A stretch of DNA of 56,732 nt, counting the filler, from Piptocephalis cylindrospora (lineage: Eukaryota), in assembly GCA_003614145.1 (NCBI GenBank). It is 4 parts of 4 records of this genome, joined end to end, with 100 filler letters (N's around TTAATTAATTAA, not from the genome) between each part and the next. Parts side by side here need not be neighbours in the genome. Positions count along the whole stretch, not along the records: positions 14,264 to 28,419 come from KZ987928.1; positions 28,520 to 42,584 come from KZ987929.1; 2 more parts are not named here. One strand, given 5' to 3'. The notes beneath the pieces are model-generated. The model had not been told where the DNA came from. It searched no databases and worked only from the letters and a program-made list of their open reading frames with translations. A program made the position numbers and the translations under genes. This document shows, piece by piece, positions 22,898 to 33,813 of this stretch. The first letter of the stretch is position 1. Each line of letters opens with the position of its first letter.

Positions 22898-23622
22898 GCT
22901 GTATGGGCTCTAATTTAGTAGTAAACAGCGAAATGTATTGGGAAAATTACACAATGGCCATTTGAAGAGGCGCTTGCTCGCAAATCACGGCGAGACCTAG
23001 TCTTTTTGAGAATAATTTACTACACCATCACCCTTCTGAGTAGACACCGTGCAAAGTGGTATCCGGGGAGTAAACTGATGATGGCGATGGTTGATCCTGA
23101 CCTACTGAAACTGATGGTAGTTCTTTCCTGTTATATACTGCCCCCTCTTGGAAAGGGTCTAGGAGCCCTGATGCTAGCCTATCAATTACTTGAAGGTCAA
23201 ATGCCCCTATACAGTGATGGTACTATTTCCTTGGAGGATGTTCTAACAGATAAATCATCCTCAAGGTCCACTCTACTATGAAAGCCCTCATTCCTGAACT
23301 CCTCCCCACACCTTACACAAGACTGGTCATCTCTGACAAGCCTTTTGCCAGCTAGTGCAGTCAGAATGTGTGGGCGCGATCCTTTGCGCTGTCTGGGGGC
23401 CACACAAATACAAAGCGCGAGCTCTGTCCACTCGGCATCCTCCTCGTCAAAGGACAGCGGCGTGGATGGGGCGATTTTTCTTTTTTCCCCGCCAAGCACC
23501 AGCTCCTAATCTTATAAGTCGGCTCGTCTTCTCGCTTATCACGATCCTTCCTCTTCCTTTTCTCTTCCCTCTTTCCTCGCCCTTCCCTCTCTCACACATC
23601 TTCCTTTCCCTTCTTCCTCCTC

Positions 23623-26600
23623 ATGTCGGACGCTGACCGTTTGTATCAACTTCTCAGTGCCACGTTTCACGCGGATACGGCCACTCGTTCCCATGCTGAA
23701 GAGCAACTTAAACAGGTAATTTTCTCTTTCCTCCTTGACCTTCTCCCTCGTTCTTAACCTGTCCATCTCCTCTCCGTGAAATAGTTACACTCCTCCCCGG
23801 GATTTCTACCCCTCCTCCTTCAAATACTGTCAGCGGACAGCGCTGATGGAGCCGTTCGACAGGCTGCGGCAGTGTACTTTAAGAACCGGGTGAAGAAGGA
23901 TTGGGACCCTTCCTCTGAAGAGACTAATTTGATCTCGGAGACAGACCGAGACACCATCCACTCCAACGTCCTCCCTGCTCTGGTTCAGGCACCGGCCTCT
24001 CTCCGATCCCTGTTGACCCCGGCCCTGGCCTCCATCCTGACCCGGGATTTTCCAGATCACTGGCCCTCCTACCTCCCTCAGCTGGGGTCGCTCATTCACT
24101 CCCAAGACCCCCAATCGGTCCACGGGGCCCTCATGGCCCTTCGAGAAACCATTAGGGTTTACCAATGGCGGGTATCCTCAAAGCGTGCGCCGCTTGTAGC
24201 TTTGGTCAATGAGACCTTCCCCACTATCCTCTCCCTTGGTCAATCCCTCGTCCCTTCCCTACTTACTGGGCCCTCAGCCGAGATGCTCACTCTGATTTTC
24301 AAGACGTACTTTGGTAGTGTTCAATATGACATGTCCGAGGCCCAGCAGGACCCGGAGCGCATCACCCTTTGGACTACGCTCATGCTTCAGGTCATCCGAC
24401 AGGAAGATCCTGCCTCCCATCAGCTTCCCGCCCTCCTTACGGCTACGGCATCTCCAGAGGCTCTTGGGGCAGAGGAGGAGAGGGAGGCCTCGTCGCTGTG
24501 GAAGGCCAAGAAGTGGGCCATGCATTGTCTCAATCGCCTCTTCACTCGGTATGGAAACCCTGCCCTTCTCGGGACTCATTCTAAGAGGTATGAGGGCTTT
24601 GCCAAGTGGTTCTCTACCCATATTGCTCCTTCGGTGCTGGAAACGTATGTAGGCCTCATCGAGTCTCGTGTGTGGTTGAGCGCTCGATGCAACTGCCTTC
24701 TCTCCCTCTTCCTTGGAGATGCCATCAAGTATGGAGATACCTGGGCGCTCCTTAAGCCCCACACGATGACCCTGGTATCCAACCTCATCCATCCCCGTCT
24801 TTCCCACTCGGCCAGGGATGCGGCTTTGTGGGCCGAAGATCCAATTGATTATGTGCACAAGCGTATTGATCCTCTGGAAGACTTCCGGACTCCGCTTTCT
24901 GCTGCCTTAAACCTCCTCACTGACCTGGCTCGCGATCGGAACAAGGCCACATTCCTCCCTATTCTCGGATACATCAATGAACGTCTTCTCGCCTACTCCT
25001 CCTCCGCCCAGAGCCTGGATCATGTGTACGGAAAGGATGGAGCCCTGTGCATGATTGGGGCCATGGCCGGTTTGACCCTCCGGAAGAAAAGCCCGGTCCG
25101 GGCACAGATGGAAGAGTTCCTCCTCACTCACGTCATACCCGAGTTTACCAGCCCACACGGGTTCATGCGGGCTCGTGCCTGTGAAGTCATGTCCCATTTT
25201 GCCGGGCTAAACTTTTCCCAGCCGGATCGTCAGTCTCATATCCTTCAGGCTACCCTGCAGTGTCTTCATGACTCGGAGATCCCCGTTCGTATCCAGGCCT
25301 CCCTCGCCCTTCGTCCTCTGATTGGGATGGAGGAAGTACAGGAAGTGATGGTACCACAGCTTCCGGGAATCATGCAGGAGCTTCTGTCCTTGGCCAATCG
25401 CGTTGATGCCGACACGCTCTCCGGGGTCATGGAGGAGTTTGTGGAGGCATACGCCGAAGAGCTATCCCCTCTAGCCGTACAGCTGTGTCAGGAACTCCGG
25501 GATACCTTCCTTCGTCTCCTCGCGGATGTCCCTCTGGCTGGAGGCCCTGAGGTTAGCNNNNNNNNNNCGGATGTCCCTCTGGCTGCAGGCCCTGAGGTTA
25601 GCTTGTCCGAGGGTGACATAAACGCTATGGGTGAGAAGACCATGGCAGCCATGGGGGTGCTCAAGACCATCGGGACCCTGGTCCTTTCCCTGGAAAACGG
25701 CTCTCCGGAGACCATGCAGCAGATGGAGGATGCCTTACTCCCAGTGATCAGCTTTACTCTAGAACGTCGCCTGGTCGATTTGTACGATGAGGTCTTTGAG
25801 ATTGTTGACTGCTGCACCCTTGCCGCCAAAAACGTCTCTCCCGGCCTCTGGAGGATCTTTGACCTGACCCACCAGGTCATCCTCGAGGACCATGGCACGG
25901 GCCTAGAATATGTGGATGAGATGCTCCCATCCCTCGATAACTTTATAAACTACGGGGCCCAAGCCATTAAAGAGGATCTTGGTCGGCAACAGCAGTTTGT
26001 CTCCATCATCAACACGATTCTCCAGGGTGAGTATGCCGGCGAGACCGATCGCGTATGTGCGTGCAAACTCATGGAGCGCATGATGCTGAATATGCCTGGA
26101 GCCATTGACCAGCTTATCCCCCATTTCCTCGACATCATCTCCCCTATCCTCCTTGCTCCCCCCTCTGAGGACTCAAAAAAGGGAGGGGCTCGCACCAAGG
26201 CTCTCCGGGTACATGGCCTGGAAATCCTCCTCAATGCTCTATTCTATAACGCCTCCCTCACTCTAAGGTACTTGCAGTCCAAGGACCCTCAGATCATCAC
26301 TTCTCTCTTCTCTCTGTGGTTCCAGTCTCTAAGTGACTTTACCCGTGTCCACGACAAGAAGATCTCTATTCTTTCCCTGTGCTCCCTCCTTGAATCTGCT
26401 GGCCCCGAGCTCTCCTCTCTTCCTCCATCCATTGCCTCCTCCCTCCCCGATCTCCTCTCGGCCCTGGCTCTTCTTCTTCAGTCCCTACCCAAGGCCTTGG
26501 AAGGTCGCGAGCGTCTCTCTGACCTCTACGGAGATGGCAGTGGGGAAGGCGAGTCGGATGACCTGATTGAGGATGGAAGCTTTGACGATTCCTACGAAAT

Positions 26601-26940
26601 CGACGAGAATGCCGATGAGGATGGAGACGTGGCCGGGGAAGATGATGAGTACCTTGAATTCCTTGCCCAGCACGCCGCCAAGATGAATGGTGAAACCGCA
26701 GATGGGGATTGGGAGGATGCTGATGAAGGCGATGAGGAGGACGAGGAGGACGATGGCCTCGGTGAGGAGCTTCTCTTTGAAACCCCCCTCGATGCCATCG
26801 ATCCGTATGTCCGCGTCCGCGGGGTTTTGGAGTCCCTTGAGGCTCATAAGCCCCAGATCTACTCTGCTCTCACTGCCCAGGTAACTCCCGAGCAAAGAGA
26901 GATTCTTACTGATGCCGTATCTCGTGGCGCTACAGCCTAA
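23623..26940 (+). CDS. NMD5: Importin-7/8 family karyopherin (Nmd5-like)
   Basis: IBN_N region (RQAAAVYFKNRVKKDW, DFPDHWP), WKAKKWAMHCLNRLFTRYGNP, FMRARAC, RVHDKKISIL, acidic C-terminal tract. Exons 23623-23715 and 23785-26940; contains a 10-N gap. Confidence 0.9.
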
Positions 26941-27652
26941 TCTTACTGTTACTGCTGTGTCTGTGTGGGCGACTGGGAACTTGGTCTTCTGAATGTGTCT
27001 GCGTGTGTCTGTGTGTCCAAGTAAGGGAATGTAACCAGTGTGCTCCTTTACACAGGAGATTAACTCTGATTCGAATGAGCTTTATCCCATGATGTATTTC
27101 CCATTAATCATGTATCCGTTAACGATAATAATAATATCCCTACGAAAGAGATTGAGGATATCATCATCCAAGTCTGTATAAAAGTTCTTCGCTCTTACCC
27201 ATCCTTCCCACGCATCTCCCTCTTACATTGATCCCTTCTTTACACCCTGTGGAAGGGCTTGCAGGGTAGGAGATAAAAAGGTCAAAAAATCTTCCCTCCC
27301 GCTCAATAGCACCCAGTCAAGCACCCTTTCCATGCCGATCCTTTCCCAGATCCATTTTCCACACATACACACATACAGGCATACCCACATTTGCCCTTCC
27401 CATTGTACCTCAGATAAACCCCTTACTGTGTAAAGATACTCTCCGCTATCCTCAACATTGCCACTCCGATCCCCCGCTCCACCCACCCCAGTCATTCCCC
27501 GCCCATCTGCCCGCCCACCCCTTTCTTTCTTCCTCTCTTCTTCCGCCCACTGCCTCTCCTTCTCTTCCTTTTCCTTTCCTCTTACACATTCTCCCTCTTC
27601 CGTACTCACAAGCTACCCCCTTAATCGTTCGTTCTCCTTCCGTCATCCCCCA

Positions 27653-28419
27653 ATGACATCCATACCCTTCCCATCCGATACTCTCAACGACCACGAAGAG
27701 TATGATGCCATCTCTGTTTCCCTGCCTCGTAGGGAGGGATCTGTGACCCCGTCCACTGCTCAACGGCACCTTCCTTCCGCAAACCCAGGTCAGGCCAATG
27801 GACATGGTCCCTCTCATGGGCATCGCCACTCCTTTTCCTCAGCCTCGGGCTATTCGGCTGTCTCAGGCTACTCGGCTGCCTCGGCCACCCCAATCTCTCC
27901 CTCAGCGGACCAACCAGGCTACACTCATGCCCATGGGACTTTCTCTCCCTCCGTCCTCGTCCGTATGCCCAGTGGCAAGCAATCCTCCTCGGCCCATCCC
28001 CAGGATCAGGCTCTTCCATCCCCCACCTCTCCGGCCTCCGTCAATGGGCATCCTGCCTTTCCCATGCATCTATATGAGGTGGATGATGTCCCGGACGGTC
28101 TTCCCGATCCTTCTCGATATGTTCACACTATCCTCCCCCCCTCTCGTACACGACCCAACCATGGCCGTCATCAGAGTGCCGTGTACGATGGGGATCATGA
28201 GGGCGCTGGGTATGTTGATGAGGAAGAAGAGTATCTGTCCACCTATTCCTCCGAGGTCATGTCCGTCGTCAGCGCCTCCTCCCACGCCTCTTCCCTTCTC
28301 TTGGCCGATTCCTCCAATTCCGATTCCTCAAATTCTGACTCTGACTCTGATTCCGGTGATTCGGCCACCACCACTGATTCGGCCACCACCCTCTCCACCC
28401 TCACCTTCCTTTTCTTTTG
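27653..28419 (+). CDS. 5' fragment of a Ser/Pro/His-rich protein, truncated by contig end
   Basis: ATG 27653 follows a CT-rich leader; the frame is open to the N-run; no recognisable domain. Confidence 0.55.
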
Positions 28420-28519
28420 NNNNNNNNNNNNNNNNNNNNNNNNNNNNNNNNNNNNNNNNNNNNTTAATTAATTAANNNNNNNNNNNNNNNNNNNNNNNNN
28501 NNNNNNNNNNNNNNNNNNN
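28420..28519. other. Artificial contig linker
   Basis: N-TTAATTAATTAA-N. Confidence 0.95.
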
Positions 28520-28935
28520 GGAGATGGAGTGACGGATGTGGCGGGGGAAGAGAGCAGATGGGGCGTTATGGGGCAGGGGGGGGGGGAGAGCTCGAAGCGA
28601 GGGGGAGAGGAGGGGGGGGGAAGGGGGGGGGGGGACCGGGGGGGCGGGGGTGTGGCGGCGGGGGCGGGGCGTGGGTGGTGGTGTGTGTGGTGGTGGGGTT
28701 GTGTGGCGTGTTTGTGCTTGGGGTGTGGTGGTGTGTTTAAGACCACGGTCTTCCATGTGTAATGTACATGTGTTGTTAATGCTGCTACCGCAGACTCGGC
28801 GAAATTCCAACTCAACAAGGCCAGAAGGGGAATCAAGAATGCAATTTATTGGAACTTGAATGAGGAAAATGAAAAAGGATGGATTTGGATGTCATGAAAT
28901 TACTGCTTCTAGTTCACACGGCGCCAAAGCTGTGC

Positions 28936-31329
28936 CTAGACCATCTTGCCAGTAGCCAATACGGTAACCTCCTCTCCCTGAGCCGGCCTGGACTTGTGCC
29001 CCTCCTCTTCCTCGTCTTCTGTGACCTCTGCTCTTTTTCTTCGGCTCTGACCACTATTTCTACTCTCCGTCTCCCTCTCCACCTCCTCAATGACATCATC
29101 ACCTGTACCATCCTCATCAGTATCCTTATGCCGACCATGTTCATCGTCATCCTCCTCCCAGCCGGTTTCTTCCACATCTTCCAGCATCCATTCACCATGG
29201 CCATGAAGCCACAGACGTTTACCACCCCGAGGACCAACATCGCCATGGCCAATACGAATGGCGGAGATGCCCCGATCGAGTAATTCCCGATCCACCATGT
29301 CCTTTCCAGTGGGGTCCATAGCGCTAGTGGCCTCATCCATGAGGACAAGCTTAGGCTTATGGAGAAGCATACGGGCAAAGGCCAGACGCTGCCGCTGACC
29401 TGGGGTAAGCAGCCAATCCCATTCGCGGGAATGAACGACATGGAGACCACCCACATCAACCTCAAGGGATGAGAGACCGACGATGAGGAGGACCCGACGA
29501 ACTTCCTCCCCAGAAACATCCAAGGCATTGGGATAATGAATCAGGTCCCATAAGGAACCAAGAGGCAAATAAGGAGTCTGAGGAAGGAAGTGGACAGAGC
29601 CTTCTGGACCAAGACCAGAGAGCCCTGAAGTGGTGAGCTTGCCAGCGGTGAAGGGCCAGATCCCCGAGATGGCCCGGAGAAGCGAACTTTTGCCCACGCC
29701 ATTGGGACCCTCGATGTATAGGTCCTCTCCGTAGGCCAGGGAGACGGTGAGATCATTAATCAAGGGAACATGGGCGGGGGAATCAAGGTAGATGTGCTCT
29801 AGGCTCAGCAGCGGAGCAAAGGGAGATGAGGCCAACGGAGAGGATGGGGAGGGAGGGGAGGGCGGGGTGCGAACCAATCTTCCCTCTTCCAGGGAAGCCT
29901 CAGTGTCAAATCCACCAGATTCTCGACTAAGCAGTGTAATGGCCGGAACAGGACCGGGAGCCCGAAGGGTCCCATCCGCCTGGGTCACTGAGGTCACCAC
30001 CCCAGCCAGAGGTGAACGACCAGGTGCGCGGGAGGAATGGTGCCGACTAGGTTGAACAGGGGCAGAGGAATCCTGGGCTCCCATCCCCCCATCTCCACTC
30101 CCCTCCTCTCCATAGTCGAGAGTGACAGTCCTTTCAGGGTCCCCGCCGCCCTCATGATTCTCCCAGGTATCCTCCCCGGAGGCGGGACCCCCTTTCTTCT
30201 GAGTCCTGGAGGCTTCCTCGAGTAACTGGGAGATACGAGCGGTGTAACCAGCCAGATCGGAGAAGAGAGTGGCTTGATCGGTGATGGTCGTGAAGCGGAA
30301 GATAAGGTACATGGTAACGAAGGAATTCTTACTGACCATGGAGGCCAGATCCCCAGGACCCAAATCATCGTACTTGCCAGTAAAGATGGGAAGGGCGACG
30401 ATGAGGTAGGAGAGGATGGAGCCAAAGTAATTAACGGACTGGGAGACCAAATTGACCAGTACCTCCCGGTGGACGATGCGCCTCTGAAGGGTAAGGAGAT
30501 ATTCGAGGGCACGGTCCAGGACGCGCCTTTCCCGGGTCTCACCCCGGTGGAATGCAATGGCCTCAGCGTTAGTGAGGACCCGGGTATGCTGGTAGCGAAA
30601 AGCACCCTCCTGGCGCTCTCGACTATAAATGGCTCGGACTACTGGGGACATGACAAACTTGCTGATGATGGCGGATACAACGAAGAAGCCGTAGATGATT
30701 CCAGGACCAGCAGGGCCAGCAAGATTCCAGCACTCGTAAGTATAATAGCCAATGAGGACGGGACTAAGCGCAAGCTTTTGGAGGATGGTGCGGATGGAAA
30801 AGGCCCACCGCTCAACGTCCTGGGCAATGCGCTGATCAGGGTAATCGAGTTCCGGGGTCATGGATAGGGCATACAGGGTTCCGGGACGGAGATAAACCCG
30901 GTGGAGCCACCGAGTGAGAGAACGGCGAGTGGCGACCTCCAAAATGCCACTGACCCATTCAACAAGGGTGTTTGCGATACCTGCGGATAAGACGACGGCC
31001 AGGGAGATGAGAGCCTTGGTGCGAAAGCCATCCTCATCCCGATCGATGAGGGGTTTGATGATCTGGGATGGAACATTACCCGCGTAGTATACGGCAAACT
31101 CCATGCCCACGGATGCAATAAGGAGGAAAAAGTAGAGGTAGAAGAGTCGACCCTGATGATCCCACAGAGGAATCCGGGTAGTGAAGAGGTACCGGAGAAT
31201 GCGGTAGATACGACGGAAGAAGCGACGGTCAAATCCATGAGACTGGCTCTCCGCCCTCCTTTCCCTCTCGGGCTCCGGGGTGAGCGGACGGGTGGGCAAG
31301 TAGGGCTTAGGGAGGTCAATCACCGGCAT
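28936..31329 (-). CDS. ABC subfamily D half-transporter, ABCD4-like
   Basis: Intronless 797 aa ORF. PDQRIAQDVE, EGAFRYQH...NAEAIAF (EAA-like motif), Walker A GPNGVGKSS, FLPQTPY, signature LTPGQRQRLAFAR, Walker B LMDEATSA. Confidence 0.92.
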   Translation of the reverse strand: MPVIDLPKPYLPTRPLTPEPERERRAESQSHGFDRRFFRRIYRILRYLFTTRIPLWDHQGRLFYLYFFLLIASVGMEFAVYYAGNVPSQIIKPLIDRDEDGFRTKALISLAVVLSAGIANTLVEWVSGILEVATRRSLTRWLHRVYLRPGTLYALSMTPELDYPDQRIAQDVERWAFSIRTILQKLALSPVLIGYYTYECWNLAGPAGPGIIYGFFVVSAIISKFVMSPVVRAIYSRERQEGAFRYQHTRVLTNAEAIAFHRGETRERRVLDRALEYLLTLQRRIVHREVLVNLVSQSVNYFGSILSYLIVALPIFTGKYDDLGPGDLASMVSKNSFVTMYLIFRFTTITDQATLFSDLAGYTARISQLLEEASRTQKKGGPASGEDTWENHEGGGDPERTVTLDYGEEGSGDGGMGAQDSSAPVQPSRHHSSRAPGRSPLAGVVTSVTQADGTLRAPGPVPAITLLSRESGGFDTEASLEEGRLVRTPPSPPSPSSPLASSPFAPLLSLEHIYLDSPAHVPLINDLTVSLAYGEDLYIEGPNGVGKSSLLRAISGIWPFTAGKLTTSGLSGLGPEGSVHFLPQTPYLPLGSLWDLIHYPNALDVSGEEVRRVLLIVGLSSLEVDVGGLHVVHSREWDWLLTPGQRQRLAFARMLLHKPKLVLMDEATSAMDPTGKDMVDRELLDRGISAIRIGHGDVGPRGGKRLWLHGHGEWMLEDVEETGWEEDDDEHGRHKDTDEDGTGDDVIEEVERETESRNSGQSRRKRAEVTEDEEEEGHKSRPAQGEEVTVLATGKMV

Positions 31330-32542
31330 GGTGGGTGAGAGGGGGTGGAGGAAGTAGGGAGGGGAGGGATTCCCGAGTCAAAGTAAGAGTCGTGAGGCTG
31401 TTTAAGTATGATGATGAGGGAAGGTAGGAAGAAAGAGCGCTTAAACAACCAAGGCGCGGTCGTGTTCGTTAGCGTGTCGAGTCCGTGTACGTGATCGTGG
31501 GGGTGAGGGGGAGGAGGAAGAAGGAACGGGTAGAGAAGAGAAGGAGGGTGGGACAAAGGTACAAAAAAGCTATGGGAACCCCCGGACAGCGAGTAGCCTT
31601 GAAAAAAGAGAGGCGGGGAAGAAGAAAAGCAAGCTCGAATCGGAGACGAGGGAGATGGCGAGGAGGGAGATGAGGGTCAAGGCTACTACGGAGTGACTGG
31701 ACAAGATTGACTGGGACGAACGGGGCGGAGTTGAAAATGGGGTCCGAGGGTGTGAGTGGGGTATTGGTGCTTGGACTGAGGATTCAATGTGGTTTGACTA
31801 AGATTAGGGGGAACAGGGCAGAAGATGAACCATGGGGTAACCTCGTATTGGACTCGGTGCTTAAAAGAATGGATCAATTATTGGGTGAGGGAGGATGGCC
31901 TGAGAAAAATGATGAGAAACCCGCATGCTGTTGCCTCTCATGTACAGGGAATTGATGAGAAAAAATCGTGGGGAAGGGATCGACAGAATTAGACAACAGT
32001 AATAGGTTAGGTTAAGCTAGGCTTAGGCTTAGGCTTAGATTTTAGGGCTGGACGAGACATCAGTAATGTTGGATCTTGGTGAAACCCATACCCAGCCTCT
32101 CTCTTGATCTGCACGCACACATCTGATCACGAAAGGGACCGTGTGTTTCCAGGTAGAGAGGTGCCAGGAGGGTACACAGGGTATAAGAGGGAGTCCCAGA
32201 CGATAAGAGTAGGATGTCGCTGTTCAGTTACATGCATCCCTCACCAAAACTTGCGAATCAAGTGAGGAGTCGCATAGGTATTGAACAAAGAATGTGGCTT
32301 TTGAGGGCACACTCAATAAAAGAGAGGATGGATAGAGGCATGGGCCTTTAAACTGAGCATTGTGGCCTTGGTTCATTGATGGGCCACTCCGGTCTCACCA
32401 TCCATCATCTCCCAGGAACAAGGCAAAAGTGCTGATCATGGATCGGCAATCCGGATCACGCGTAAACCCATTTGAGTGGAATATTAGGTATAGGGAAGTG
32501 TGCTTTTGCTGATCCCCTAATGATCATCTGGCACTGATATCT

Positions 32543-33223
32543 ATGATTTACAAAGTCCAACTGCAGACCAATATCAGGAAAGTACTTTTTGAGACGAAAC
32601 GATGACTATTTGAAGATACGCCAATACGTCTCTTAGATAGTACTTTTCTTCCAAGGAGTTCAACAGAGTAGCTCCCTAGCTGGGTATATATGAAAAGTAC
32701 ACCCCATGATGGCAACAAAACGATACCCTCGGCGAGGGTGGTAAGAGATTTCGAGACGGATGATATATCCGATATCTCCCGTAGCTTGGCCATCTAACAT
32801 TATTTCTTTAGTTCGCAAGGCTCCATGCTCGACTCCAAGTGCGTTATCCCTTCCTTACACTAGGGCAAGTTCAAGAACCCCAATGGCACCGTCTCCATTA
32901 TCGGCCACCATCTTCCTGTGGATTCCATGGTCATTGATCCCAAGAAGGGATGCACTAATGGCTTTCTGTAGTATCCATTTCAAAATTTACTGTACAGGGC
33001 ACACGTCGGGAACACTGTTTCTGGTATCACGCAGGCCAGCCGAATGAGATAGGTATTATGTTCGGATGCATTTAGCGCCTATCCCACTGGGGAAAATAAA
33101 ATGGTTTCAACAAAAGGCGGATGGTATATCCATACCTCTCCTTACTCAATTAAAGCGCTTCGTGAGGACGCCATCTACTCTCACCGAGCAATAAACAGGA
33201 AAGAAGCCATACGGATCAATTGA
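32543..33223 (+). pseudogene. Possible decayed coding sequence
   Basis: One + frame of ~225 codons reads protein-like (e.g. GKFKNPNGTVSIIGHHLPVDSMVIDPKKG) with about 6 internal stops; no family recognised. Confidence 0.25.
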
Positions 33224-33813
33224 TCAGAAATATTGAATAGAAGAAGCCATTTCCTCCCTCTTGGGAATGTTTGTTTGGGAAATGCCACCAGAACACACCA
33301 CAACCCTACTCCGAATCGCTGGGACATCCATATGCCCATCTGATCTGGGATATGGGTAGAAGATGAGATGAGATGAATATATCACTCAAAAGTCATTTCT
33401 AAAGAGACGATTAAAACGAGTAAAAACAGAGTGAATGAGTCCGAGGGCATGTTGAGGATGTGATCCATCCTCAAAGTACGGTACCACATGCCTTCCCGGT
33501 CGTCATAGCTTATAGATGATCTTTAAGGAGCTAACGGTCTCTATTGAAAGGCTGAAATACTCCTTGACCTTCCTATCCTAATAGCCATGATGCGTCTCCA
33601 ATTGGGATGCCCAAGCGTCTTAAGGCACGCCTTGGACAGAGATCTGAGATGACAGTGCACCCAGTACTCAAAACCTATATAAAGCAGCCAGTCGCATCCA
33701 CACGCATACGTCTTATTCCGATTTTCCTCATCCTGCCCCACCCTCTGAATTTTTTCTTCTTGATTCAACCACCTATACCACGTTTGAGCCTTTCTCCATA
33801 TCATCCCTCGAGC

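Noticed and set aside
19341..22913. Twin short ORFs MWPVVASMPIKAASQ... (19341-19535 minus, 22719-22913 plus)
   Set aside because: By-products of the inverted repeat; they diverge once the identical core ends and show no recognisable domain.
25522..25602. 35-bp direct duplication inside the importin gene (DVPLAGGPEVS / DVPLAAGPEVS)
   Set aside because: The copies flank a 10-N gap and differ at one base, typical of an unmerged contig overlap.
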